A DNA stretch of 64,000 bases, from assembly GCA_964350385.1 (NCBI GenBank), contig CAYGJH010000001.1, positions 106,777-170,776 on the forward strand, read 5' to 3'. Made by a program: the position numbers and the translations under genes. The number at the start of each line of letters is the position of its first letter. The first letter of the stretch is position 1. A model generated the notes under the pieces. That model saw only the letters and a program-made list of their open reading frames with translations. It did no database searches and had not been told where the DNA came from. Source of the DNA: an uncultured Aquiluna sp. Lineage in GTDB: Bacteria; Actinomycetota; Actinomycetes; Actinomycetales; Microbacteriaceae. Shown in pieces: positions 1 through 9,127 of this stretch.

Positions 1-71
1 CCAACCGTGGAGCGGCCCGCGCCGGACATGCCGGTGACTACAAGCAGCTCGGGTTTTTTAGCGTCTTCCAT
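1..71 (-). CDS. rapZ: RNase adapter RapZ (P-loop protein), N-terminal part, truncated by window edge
   Basis: Manual translation from ATG at 71 gives MEDAKKPELLVVTGMSGAGRSTV (Walker A, typical RapZ start); GGGGAG SD upstream; usual position after uvrC. Confidence 0.88.
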   Translation of the reverse strand, partial: MEDAKKPELLVVTGMSGAGRSTV

Positions 72-96
72 CTCTCCCCTGATGATTGCTTACAGG

Positions 97-1971
97 TTAG
101 TCCTTCGGCGTGTCGCGCGTGTCGCCTTCTTGCAAATCACCCAGATATTCGCCGATTTGTTTGGCCAGCTTCAGTCCGAAACCATCCAAAGTCGCAATCT
201 CTTCGGCACTGGCAGCTCTGATCCGCTTTAGCGAACCATACTTTCTCAGCAGCAGCCTCACCTTCCGCTCGCCGAGGCCTGGTATTTCGAGCAGTTGGGA
301 GGCAATAGTTTTACTCCGCTTAGCCCGCTGAGCAGTTATCGCAAACCGGTGGGCCTCATCTCTAATCCGCTGCAGCAAAAACAGCTCCTCGGAGGTTCTT
401 GGAAAGATAACCGGGTAATCGCTCGAGGTGGTGAACACCTCTTCAAGCCTTTTGGCGAGTGTGGCGATAGTAATCTCCCCAACGCCACTTTCCTGCAGGG
501 CTCTCAGCGCAGCTCCCCTTTGGGGTAGTCCACCATCTATGAGCATCAAGGATGGGCGATAGCTAAATTTTTCGCTCGTCTCTTCCCCCAGGTATTTGAG
601 CCTGCGCGATAGGACCTGATAGATCGATTCCGTGTCATCGGCAGTTTCGAGATTAAACCTTCGGTACTGGTCCTTTTTGGGCAGTCCATCTTCAAAGACG
701 ACCATGGAGCCAACGGTTCCCGTTCCTGATAGGTGGGAGATGTCGAAGCACTCTATTCGAAGTGGCGCCTCTTTCATCCCCAGGGCCCTCTGAATGCCGG
801 CCAGTGCATCCGCTCGGGCAGTAAAGTCGCTGCTGCGCTTGAGTTTGTAGCTGTTTAGAGCGTGCGCAGCATTGTTGAGAGCCGTCTTAGCAAGGGTCGC
901 CTTTTCACCGCGCTGGGCGACTGCAACCTTCACCGGTTTGCCTCGCAGCTCGCTGAGGAAGGCCTCGATGGGTCTTTTGTCCTTCGGAATCTCCGGAACC
1001 AAAAGCAGCTTCGGAACCTCCATGGAAGTTCCCTTGGAGTTGGGCGTGTAGAGCTCTTGAATGAGGTACTCCATTAGCTCCGAGTTGTTTCTATCGAGCT
1101 CAAGATCGACAACCATTGACCTGTTGCCTCGTATGCGGCCCCCGCGCACAATGAAGATGCTAACTGCGGCGCTTAGTTCGTCCCTGGAAAGTCCAATGAG
1201 GTCCGCGTCCGTCTGATCTGAGAGCACCACCGTGGTTTTCTCGAGCACTTTCTCGAGGGCGGAAACATCGTCTCTTAGGTTGGCAGCAAGTTCATAGTTC
1301 TCCGAATCGCTCGCTGCCTGCATCTTCTTTCGCAGTTCCTGAACATGCTGCTCGCTACCGCTGGCCACAAAGTCCCCGAGACGTTTGGCGAGAGCCTTGT
1401 GCTCGGGCTTGGAGATCCTGCCCACACATGGCGCGGCACACTTTCCTATCTCGGCTAGAAGACATGGCCTTCCCGAGCGCACAGCGCGGTCGTATACGCC
1501 CTTTGAGCATGACCTGACTGGATAGACCTTGAGCAGGGTGTCGAGGGTCTCCCGGATAGCCCACGCTTGGGTATAGGGACCAAAATAGCGAAGACCTTTG
1601 ATCTCTCTATTTCTAGTTATAAAGGCTCTGGGTACCTCATCTGAAACTGAGATAGCAAGATAGGGGTAGCTCTTGTCGTCACGGAATCTCACGTTAAATG
1701 GCGGATCAAACTCTTTGATCCACATGAACTCGAGCTGGAGCGCATCGTATTCGGTGTCGACTATCGTCCACTTCACGTCCGCCGCCGCCAGAAGCATTCT
1801 TTGGGTGCGCTCGTGCAGCTTTGAGAAGGTACCAAAGTAGCTGGTAAGCCGGGACTTTAGGTTTTTGGCCTTACCGACATAGAGGACCTTGCCTCGGGAA
1901 TCCAGAAAGCGATACACCCCAGGTTGGGTCGGAATCTCTGAGGTTTTCGGCCTGAAGGTGAGCTTTGTCAT
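97..1971 (-). CDS. uvrC: Excinuclease ABC subunit C
   Basis: GIY-YIG N-terminus (PGVYRF...YVGKAKNL), RIECFDISH RNase H-like domain, C-terminal HhH (IPGLG). Confidence 0.98.
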   Translation of the reverse strand: MTKLTFRPKTSEIPTQPGVYRFLDSRGKVLYVGKAKNLKSRLTSYFGTFSKLHERTQRMLLAAADVKWTIVDTEYDALQLEFMWIKEFDPPFNVRFRDDKSYPYLAISVSDEVPRAFITRNREIKGLRYFGPYTQAWAIRETLDTLLKVYPVRSCSKGVYDRAVRSGRPCLLAEIGKCAAPCVGRISKPEHKALAKRLGDFVASGSEQHVQELRKKMQAASDSENYELAANLRDDVSALEKVLEKTTVVLSDQTDADLIGLSRDELSAAVSIFIVRGGRIRGNRSMVVDLELDRNNSELMEYLIQELYTPNSKGTSMEVPKLLLVPEIPKDKRPIEAFLSELRGKPVKVAVAQRGEKATLAKTALNNAAHALNSYKLKRSSDFTARADALAGIQRALGMKEAPLRIECFDISHLSGTGTVGSMVVFEDGLPKKDQYRRFNLETADDTESIYQVLSRRLKYLGEETSEKFSYRPSLMLIDGGLPQRGAALRALQESGVGEITIATLAKRLEEVFTTSSDYPVIFPRTSEELFLLQRIRDEAHRFAITAQRAKRSKTIASQLLEIPGLGERKVRLLLRKYGSLKRIRAASAEEIATLDGFGLKLAKQIGEYLGDLQEGDTRDTPKD

Positions 1972-1973
1972 GG

Positions 1974-4823
1974 CTAGGCCAACAGTTCGGCCAAGAACTT
2001 ACCGGTGTGAGAGGACTTGTTGGTCGCAACCTTCTCGGGAGTGCCCTCAGCGACAATCTGTCCACCTCCGCTACCCCCTTCAGGTCCCAGGTCTATTACC
2101 CAGTCGCAACAGCGAATAACATCCAGATTGTGTTCGATGACAATGACGGTGTTGCCCTTGTCGGTTAGGTCTGCGAGCACGTTCAGAAGCTTCTTCGTGT
2201 CTTCGAAGTGCAGTCCAGTTGTCGGTTCGTCTAGGACGTAAATGGTCCTTCCAGTCGACCTGCGCTGCAGCTCAGTCGCAAGCTTCACACGCTGAGCCTC
2301 CCCGCCGGAGAGAGTGGTGGCGCTCTGTCCAAGCCGGACATAACCGAGCCCAACATCAACCAAAGTGTTGAGGTACCGAGCAATGGAGTTGATCGGGGCA
2401 AAAAATTCGGCAGCCTCGCTAATGGGCATTGATAGAACATCCCCTACAGATTTGCCCTTGTACTTCACCTGCAGAGTCTCACGGTTATAGCGAGCCCCCT
2501 TACAGTCCTCGCAGGTGACGTAGACATCGGGCAGGAAGTTCATCTCAATTCTGATAGTGCCGTCACCGCTGCAGCTTTCGCAGCGACCACCCTTCACGTT
2601 GAACGAGAACCTGCCCTGCTGGTAACCGCGCACCTTCGACTCAGGAGTGTCGGCAAAAAGCTTTCTAATGTGATCGAAGACTCCGGTGTAGGTGGCGGGG
2701 TTGGAGCGCGGGGTGCGTCCAATGGGTGCCTGGTCGACGTGAACTACTTTGTCCAGTTGCTCGAGGCCCTCGATCCTGATGTGCCTGCCAGGCACTCCCT
2801 TGGCCCCGTTTAGCTTGTTGGCAAGAACCTGGTAGAGCACGTCATTTACTAGCGATGACTTGCCCGAGCCGCTTACGCCCGTAACTGCGGTCATAACTCC
2901 AAGAGGAAAGCTAACTGAGACATCGCGGAGGTTGTTTTCCTTGGCTCCAACAACTTTGATCTGGCGATCTTTACTAACCTTGCGCCTCTTTGCGGGGGTT
3001 TCTATCTTGAGTCTCCCGGAGAGATAGTCACCGGTGATTGATGTGCGGTTGTCCAATATGGCGGCGTAGGAGCCGGAGTGGACAACCTCACCTCCCCCAA
3101 GACCCGCACCTGGTCCGATGTCCACTAGCCAGTCCGCGGCTTTTATGGTGTCCTCATCGTGCTCAACGACAATCAGGGTGTTACCTAGGTCGCGGAGCTT
3201 GATGAGCGTCTCAATAAGCCTGCGATTATCGCGCTGGTGCAGGCCAATGGACGGCTCATCCAAAACATAAAGAACGCCTGTCAGTCCAGCGCCAATCTGC
3301 GTGGCAAGCCTGATGCGCTGCGCCTCACCACCAGAGAGAGACCCCGCACTTCGCTCTAGTGAGAGGTAATCCAGTCCCACTGCAAGTAGGAAGTCAAGCC
3401 GCGCTCGAATCTCCCTGAGAACCTGAGCAGCGATCTTTTGTTCACGGGCTGTCAGCTTCAGGGTTTCAAAGAAGTCGTGAGCCTCACCGAGTGAGTAGAC
3501 AGCTACATCGTGGATGGACTTCCCGTGCACCTTGACCGCAAGAACTTCGGGCCTGAGTCTTGCGCCCTGACAGGCTGGACAGGGTATCTCCCTAAGAAAC
3601 TCCGCCCATTTACCTCGAGCCCAATCTGAGTCAGACTCTAGGTAACGCCGCTCAACGTAGGGAAGCACGCCCTCAAATCCAGAGGTGTAGCGCATCTCTC
3701 GTCCATACTTTGAGCGCCATTTGACCTGAACCTCAAAGTCGTTTCCATTAAGCACGGCATCCTGAACAGCCTCAGGGAGTTTTTCCCATGGAGTATCAAG
3801 GTCAAATTCGAGGTCGTTTGCAAGACCCGCCAGCAGCCTGGTGAAGTAGCTGTATAGGCCTTTACCCTGGGTTGACCATGGCAGCAGAACACCCTCGTTT
3901 ATGGTTGCTGCCGGGTCACCCACAACCAGCTCCGGGTCTACCGCCATCTTCGTGCCCAGGCCGGTGCATGTTGGGCAGGCGCCAAAGGGAGCGTTGAACG
4001 AAAAAGTCCTGGGTTCTATCTCACTTAGGACTATCTCGTGCTCATTTGGGCAGCTCAGACGCTCGCTGAAGGTCCGGGTCTTTTTCTCATCCACGAAGTC
4101 CACAATCACCCTGCCATCGGCAAGTTTTAGGGCTGTCTCGACGCTGTCGGTGATTCGGCCCTGAGCATCCGCCTTCACCACAAGTCGGTCAACGACTACC
4201 GAGATGTCGTGCTTGAAGCTCTTCTTTAGAGGTTTCGCCTCGGAGAGGGTGACAGTTTCACCGTCAACTACCGCTCGGGCATATCCTTGCGATTGCAAGG
4301 AAGCGAACAGATCCGCAAACTCCCCCTTTTTCTGCTGGACTATCGGAGCAAGTAGCTGGAAACGAGTTCCCTCCTTGATAGTCATCAGTTGGTCGACTAT
4401 TGCCTGCGGGGTTTGCTTTGAGATTACCTCGCCACATTCGTGGCAGTGGGGGATGCCGATCCTTGCCCACAAAAGTCGCAGGTAGTCGTGAATCTCGGTG
4501 ATAGTTCCAACCGTTGATCTCGGGTTTCTGTTGGTGGATTTCTGATCAATCGACACCGCGGGTGAGAGCCCCTCGATGAAGTCAACGTCGGGCCGGTCAA
4601 CCTGCCCCAGGAACTGTCTTGCATAGGCGCTGAGAGACTCTACGTATCTACGTTGCCCCTCGGCGAAGATCGTGTCAAAGGCCAGGGAGGATTTTCCAGA
4701 ACCGCTCAGGCCCGTGAATACAACCATCGCATCGCGAGGGATCTCGAGATTAAGGTTCTTGAGATTATGAACTCGGGCGCCCTTGATGGCTAGATGGGGG
4801 CCTTTGGGGGTCTCAATAATCAC
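1974..4823 (-). CDS. uvrA: Excinuclease ABC subunit A
   Basis: GARVHNLKN, two Walker A motifs ([16 protein letters not shown]), LSGGEAQR signatures, zinc fingers. Confidence 0.99.
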   Translation of the reverse strand: MIIETPKGPHLAIKGARVHNLKNLNLEIPRDAMVVFTGLSGSGKSSLAFDTIFAEGQRRYVESLSAYARQFLGQVDRPDVDFIEGLSPAVSIDQKSTNRNPRSTVGTITEIHDYLRLLWARIGIPHCHECGEVISKQTPQAIVDQLMTIKEGTRFQLLAPIVQQKKGEFADLFASLQSQGYARAVVDGETVTLSEAKPLKKSFKHDISVVVDRLVVKADAQGRITDSVETALKLADGRVIVDFVDEKKTRTFSERLSCPNEHEIVLSEIEPRTFSFNAPFGACPTCTGLGTKMAVDPELVVGDPAATINEGVLLPWSTQGKGLYSYFTRLLAGLANDLEFDLDTPWEKLPEAVQDAVLNGNDFEVQVKWRSKYGREMRYTSGFEGVLPYVERRYLESDSDWARGKWAEFLREIPCPACQGARLRPEVLAVKVHGKSIHDVAVYSLGEAHDFFETLKLTAREQKIAAQVLREIRARLDFLLAVGLDYLSLERSAGSLSGGEAQRIRLATQIGAGLTGVLYVLDEPSIGLHQRDNRRLIETLIKLRDLGNTLIVVEHDEDTIKAADWLVDIGPGAGLGGGEVVHSGSYAAILDNRTSITGDYLSGRLKIETPAKRRKVSKDRQIKVVGAKENNLRDVSVSFPLGVMTAVTGVSGSGKSSLVNDVLYQVLANKLNGAKGVPGRHIRIEGLEQLDKVVHVDQAPIGRTPRSNPATYTGVFDHIRKLFADTPESKVRGYQQGRFSFNVKGGRCESCSGDGTIRIEMNFLPDVYVTCEDCKGARYNRETLQVKYKGKSVGDVLSMPISEAAEFFAPINSIARYLNTLVDVGLGYVRLGQSATTLSGGEAQRVKLATELQRRSTGRTIYVLDEPTTGLHFEDTKKLLNVLADLTDKGNTVIVIEHNLDVIRCCDWVIDLGPEGGSGGGQIVAEGTPEKVATNKSSHTGKFLAELLA

Positions 4824-4832
4824 CGTAGAAGT

Positions 4833-6899
4833 CTATGCATGGCCAGCCTGTTCAAATTGCCGCAGCTCCCTTTTGAGCTCTCCGATCTCGTCACGGATTC
4901 TGGCTGCCAGTTCAAACTTTAGCTCCGCTGCTGCCGCCTTCATCTGGGCATCTAAGTCCAGGATGGTTGCTAGTAGCTGCTCGCTGCCTGCTTTTCCAAT
5001 GTCACGTCTTCCCCGCATTGGTGTTGATGCGACCTTCCTCGCTGGCTGCTTCCTTAGGCTTTCCATCAGGGCCTCGGTATCGAGCTCCTCGCGGTTTAGG
5101 CTGTCGGTGATATCTGCAATCTTCTTGCGCAGCGGGGTCGGATCGATGCCGTTCAGCCTGTTGTATTCGACCTGCTTCTCTCGTCTACGGTTTGTTTCGT
5201 CAATTGCTCGCTTCATCGACGCAGTCACCTTGTCCGCGTACATGTGGACCTCACCGTTGACGTTTCTCGCCGCCCTACCAATCGTTTGAATCAGCGATGT
5301 CGTAGAGCGTAGGAAGCCCTCCTTGTCAGCATCAAGTATCGAAACCAGCGATACCTCCGGAAGGTCAAGTCCCTCACGGAGAAGGTTGATACCCACAAGA
5401 ACGTCATAGAGCCCCTGTCTGAGCTCTCTCAGTAGCTCCACTCTTCTGAGAGTGTCAACATCGGAGTGAAGGTAGCGGACCCTGATGCCCATCTCGGTCA
5501 AGTACTCCGTGACCTCCTCGGCTAGGCGTTTAGTCAGGGTCGTTACCAATACGCGCTCATTGCGCTCGGTTCTGAGCTTTATCTCCTCCAGCAGGTCGTC
5601 AATCTGACCCTTGGCGGGCTTGACATGCACCTCTGGGTCTACAAGACCCGTTGGGCGGATGATCTGCTCGACTACACCGTCTCCCAGGTTCAACTCGTAG
5701 TCTGCGGGTGTGGCGGAGAGGTAGACGGTCTGACCCGTTCGCTCCAAGAACTCCTCGAACCGAAGTGGTCTGTTATCGAGTGCCGATGGGAGCCTGAAGC
5801 CATGCTCGACAAGCGTTCGCTTTCTCGAGGAGTCGCCGTTATACATTGCTCTTATTTGGGGAATGGTCACGTGTGATTCGTCAATGACGGTGAGGAAATC
5901 CTCGGGAAAGTAGTCAAGCAAGCAGGCGGGCGGCTCACCCTCATTGCGCCCGTCGATGTGCCTTGAATAGTTTTCTATGCCGGAGCAGAAGCCAAGCTCC
6001 CTAATCATCTCCAGATCAAATGTCGTGCGCATCTTGATGCGCTGCGCCTCTAATAGCTTTTGTTGGCGCTCAAACTCGCGATAGCGCTGCTCCAGTTCAT
6101 TCTCGATGTCCTCTATGGCCTTGCCCATCCGCTCAGCGGGAGCCACGTAGTAGCTGGCCGGATAGATGGCCACACTTTCTCGCTCCATCAGAATTTCACC
6201 TGTTAGAGGATGAATGCGGTAGATCTTTTCGACCTCATCGCCAAAGAACTCAATTCGGGTTGCTTCCTCGTCATAGACCGCAATTACCTCAACTGTGTCG
6301 CCTTTGACCCTGAAATTGCCCCTCACAAACTCCACGTCATTACGTTGGTATTGAATGGCAACCAGCGAGCGAATCAGCTCGTCTCTATCAATCCTCTGCC
6401 CAACCGAAATCGGAAGCGACTGAGCCAGGTATTCCTTGGGTGCACCAAGACCATAGATACAGCTAACTGTTGCAACGACAATTACGTCTCTTCGAGACAG
6501 CAGAGACATCGTGGCCGAGTAGCGAAGCCTTTCGACCTCCTCATTTATCGTCGAGTCCTTTTCGATGAAGGTGTCGGTCTGGGGTACGTAGGCCTCAGGC
6601 TGGTAATAGTCGTAGTAGCTAACAAAATATTCGACGGCATTTTCTGGAAAGAGTTCCCGAAGCTCACTCGCCAGCTGAGCCGCAAGGGTTTTATTGTGGG
6701 CAATAACGAGTGTGGGCCTTTGGAGTCGCTCTATGAGCCAGGCGGTTGTCGCACTCTTTCCGGTTCCTGTGGCGCCCAGAAGGACAACGTCTCGCTCCCC
6801 CGCTCGAACCCTTCTTTCGAGCTCGTCTATAGCCTTGGGCTGATCACCGCTGGGCTGGTAATCACTGATTACTTTGAAAGGCTTTTGACTTTGCTCCAC
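4833..6899 (-). CDS. uvrB: Excinuclease ABC subunit B
   Basis: [23 protein letters not shown]-terminal UVR coiled coil. Confidence 0.99.
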   Translation of the reverse strand: MEQSQKPFKVISDYQPSGDQPKAIDELERRVRAGERDVVLLGATGTGKSATTAWLIERLQRPTLVIAHNKTLAAQLASELRELFPENAVEYFVSYYDYYQPEAYVPQTDTFIEKDSTINEEVERLRYSATMSLLSRRDVIVVATVSCIYGLGAPKEYLAQSLPISVGQRIDRDELIRSLVAIQYQRNDVEFVRGNFRVKGDTVEVIAVYDEEATRIEFFGDEVEKIYRIHPLTGEILMERESVAIYPASYYVAPAERMGKAIEDIENELEQRYREFERQQKLLEAQRIKMRTTFDLEMIRELGFCSGIENYSRHIDGRNEGEPPACLLDYFPEDFLTVIDESHVTIPQIRAMYNGDSSRKRTLVEHGFRLPSALDNRPLRFEEFLERTGQTVYLSATPADYELNLGDGVVEQIIRPTGLVDPEVHVKPAKGQIDDLLEEIKLRTERNERVLVTTLTKRLAEEVTEYLTEMGIRVRYLHSDVDTLRRVELLRELRQGLYDVLVGINLLREGLDLPEVSLVSILDADKEGFLRSTTSLIQTIGRAARNVNGEVHMYADKVTASMKRAIDETNRRREKQVEYNRLNGIDPTPLRKKIADITDSLNREELDTEALMESLRKQPARKVASTPMRGRRDIGKAGSEQLLATILDLDAQMKAAAAELKFELAARIRDEIGELKRELRQFEQAGHA

Positions 6900-6908
6900 C
6901 TTGCAAGC

Positions 6909-7484
6909 CTAAGAGAAACTCGCGAAGACATCGTCGGCCTTCGCTAGGAGCTCATCCATGGGGCAGTTTGAATCAATCACGGTGTCCGCTCTGGATTCGC
7001 GCTCGGCGTCTGTAGCCTGAGCTGCAATTCGCTGCATCGCCTCCTCTTTGGACATCCCGCGAAGAGTTACCAACCTGTCGATGCGCACGCTCTCATCACA
7101 GCTCACCGTGACAATCCGATCGAAATTTAGCTTGGAGTTCGTCTCCGCCAACAGGGGAATTGTGTAGACGATTATGCCCTCGAGCCCCACCACACGCTCT
7201 GCCGCAAGATCTTGAATTCTTGGATGAAGAAGAGCCTCCAGATCTTTGCGGGATTCCTCAGATGCAAATGCGACGGAGGCCAGAGCGCCTCTGTTTAGGG
7301 AGCCATCTGGTTTGAGAACTTGATCCCCAAAGCGAGCCGCAACAGCTGATAGTCCCTCGGTTCCCGGCTCGACCACTTCTCGCGCCAGCACGTCGGCGTC
7401 AACCTCGTGGGCACCAAGGGCCACCCAACGGCTGGCGACCGTGGTCTTTCCAGAACCAATACCGCCGGTTAGCGCAATAAGCAT
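6909..7484 (-). CDS. coaE: Dephospho-CoA kinase
   Basis: IALTGGIGSGKTT, DADVLAREVV; rpsA-coaE-uvrB synteny. Confidence 0.96.
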   Translation of the reverse strand: MLIALTGGIGSGKTTVASRWVALGAHEVDADVLAREVVEPGTEGLSAVAARFGDQVLKPDGSLNRGALASVAFASEESRKDLEALLHPRIQDLAAERVVGLEGIIVYTIPLLAETNSKLNFDRIVTVSCDESVRIDRLVTLRGMSKEEAMQRIAAQATDAERESRADTVIDSNCPMDELLAKADDVFASFS

Positions 7485-7495
7485 CTTGCAAGGAT

Positions 7496-7533
7496 AAAGC
7501 GAAACGGAGGGCCCTGTTGGACCCTCCGCTTCG
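7496..7533 (-). terminator. Intrinsic terminator after rpsA
   Basis: Minus strand CGAAGCGGAGGGTCC-AACA-GGGCCCTCCGTTTCG hairpin followed by CTTT, about 15 nt after the rpsA stop. Confidence 0.8.
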
Positions 7534-7547
7534 ATAGTTGAATTTCT

Positions 7548-9005
7548 TTACTTGTCTTCGCTGAGCTGATCGCGCAGTGCAGCTAGGGACTCGTCATCAG
7601 AAAGCGTGCCGGCATCTTGTGCCTCACCCGAGGTGGCACTTGGCTCTTCGGCTGGGGCCGCTTCTGGAAGTGCAGCAAGCTGCTCCCGGATCGCCTTCAC
7701 CTGAGTCTTGTGGAGCTCCCAGCGCTTGTGAGACTCTGCGTAGTCAGCCTCCCACTTACCCTTGGCTTCCTCATAACCAGGCTTCCACTCGTTGCTCTCG
7801 GGGTCGAAGCCCTCTGGGTAGCGGTAGTTGCCCTTTTCGTCATAGTCGGCATCCATTCCATAAAGAACCGGGTTGAAGTCGGTGCTCTCTGGGTCAACCT
7901 CGTCTACCGCCTGCTTCAGGGACAGCGAGATTCTTCTGCGCTCAAGGTCAATGTCAATTAGCTTGACGAAGACTTCCTGGTTGACGGTGACAATCTGGTC
8001 TGCGTGCTCAACATGCTTGCTTGAGAGCTCTGAGATGTGAACGAGACCCTCGATACCATCTGCCACCCGCACGAATGCACCAAATGGAACAATCTTGGTG
8101 ACCTTGCCTGGAATGTACTGGCCGATGGCGTGAGTCCTCGCGAATACCTGCCATGGGTCTTCCTGGGTGGCCTTGAGAGACAGCGAAACACGCTCGCGGT
8201 CCTGGTCAACCTCGAGAACCTCCACGGTTACTTCCTGTCCGACCTCAACTACCTCGCTGGCATGCTCAATGTGCTTCCAGCTCAGCTCGGATACGTGGAC
8301 CAGGCCGTCTACACCACCGAGGTCAATGAACGCTCCGAAGTTCACAATTGAGGAGACGGTTCCAGTCCTGATCTGACCCTTGGTCAGGTCATTCATCATG
8401 GTTGAACGGCTCTCACTCTGGCTCTGCTCTAGCAGGGCACGACGAGAGAGCACAACGTTGTTGCGGTTTTTGTCTAGCTCGAGAATTTTCGCCTCGACCT
8501 CGGTGCCGAGGTAAGGACCCAGGTCGCGGACCCTGCGAAGCTCAATTAGAGAGGCGGGAAGGAAGCCACGAAGGCCGATGTCTACGATGACACCACCCTT
8601 GACTACCTCAATGACGGTGCCCTTAACAACACCATCTACTTCCTTGATCTTCTCCACGTCGCCCCACGCACGCTCATACTGCGCGCGCTTCTTGCTTAGG
8701 ATCAGGCGGCCTTCCTTGTCCTCCTTCTGAAGAACAAGTGCCTCAACTGCATCACCCACCTTGACGATGTCATTTGGGTCTGCATCCTGGCGGATCGAAA
8801 GTTCACGGGAGGGAATGACGCCTTCGGTTTTGTAACCTACGTCTAGTAGCACCTCGTCGCGGTCAATCTTGACCACGGTGCCGGAGATGAGATCTCCATC
8901 GTTGAAAAATTTGAGAGTTGCTTCGACCGCTGCTAGAAAGTCTGCTTCTGAGCCGATGTCATTGACTGCTACCTTGGTGGTTTTTGCGGTCGTTTTGGTT
9001 GCCAT
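7548..9005 (-). CDS. rpsA: 30S ribosomal protein S1
   Basis: Four S1 repeats (GAFIDLGGVDGLVHVSELSW), actinobacterial C-terminus YPEGFDPE. Confidence 0.99.
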   Translation of the reverse strand: MATKTTAKTTKVAVNDIGSEADFLAAVEATLKFFNDGDLISGTVVKIDRDEVLLDVGYKTEGVIPSRELSIRQDADPNDIVKVGDAVEALVLQKEDKEGRLILSKKRAQYERAWGDVEKIKEVDGVVKGTVIEVVKGGVIVDIGLRGFLPASLIELRRVRDLGPYLGTEVEAKILELDKNRNNVVLSRRALLEQSQSESRSTMMNDLTKGQIRTGTVSSIVNFGAFIDLGGVDGLVHVSELSWKHIEHASEVVEVGQEVTVEVLEVDQDRERVSLSLKATQEDPWQVFARTHAIGQYIPGKVTKIVPFGAFVRVADGIEGLVHISELSSKHVEHADQIVTVNQEVFVKLIDIDLERRRISLSLKQAVDEVDPESTDFNPVLYGMDADYDEKGNYRYPEGFDPESNEWKPGYEEAKGKWEADYAESHKRWELHKTQVKAIREQLAALPEAAPAEEPSATSGEAQDAGTLSDDESLAALRDQLSEDK

Positions 9006-9118
9006 ATTTGTGGGTACTCCACTTGTTTTACTCGGGTCGCGCTAGAGCCACGATTCTTCTGTGGTTTTAGCCCGACGAACGGACAGGGATGGTGCCGGGA
9101 GGCACCTGGGAAAGCTTA
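9006..9118 (-). promoter_or_regulatory. rpsA promoter (-10 TAAGCT at 9113-9118) and structured 5' leader
   Basis: TANNNT box followed by hairpins at 9091-9106 and 9036-9076; GGAG SD inside GTGG-AGTAC-CCAC. Confidence 0.55.
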
Positions 9119-9127
9119 GCGACATTT

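Noticed and set aside
4824-6935. LexA box or PafBC (RecA-NDp, TGTCGG-N10-TANNNT) motif before uvrA and uvrB
   Set aside because: No match; a TGTC upstream of uvrB has the wrong sequence and spacing and lies within coaE
6210-6947. 245-aa plus-strand ORF, and many other 60-200 aa ORFs antisense to or nested in core genes
   Set aside because: They are shadows of well-conserved minus-strand genes, with no recognisable motifs or translation signals
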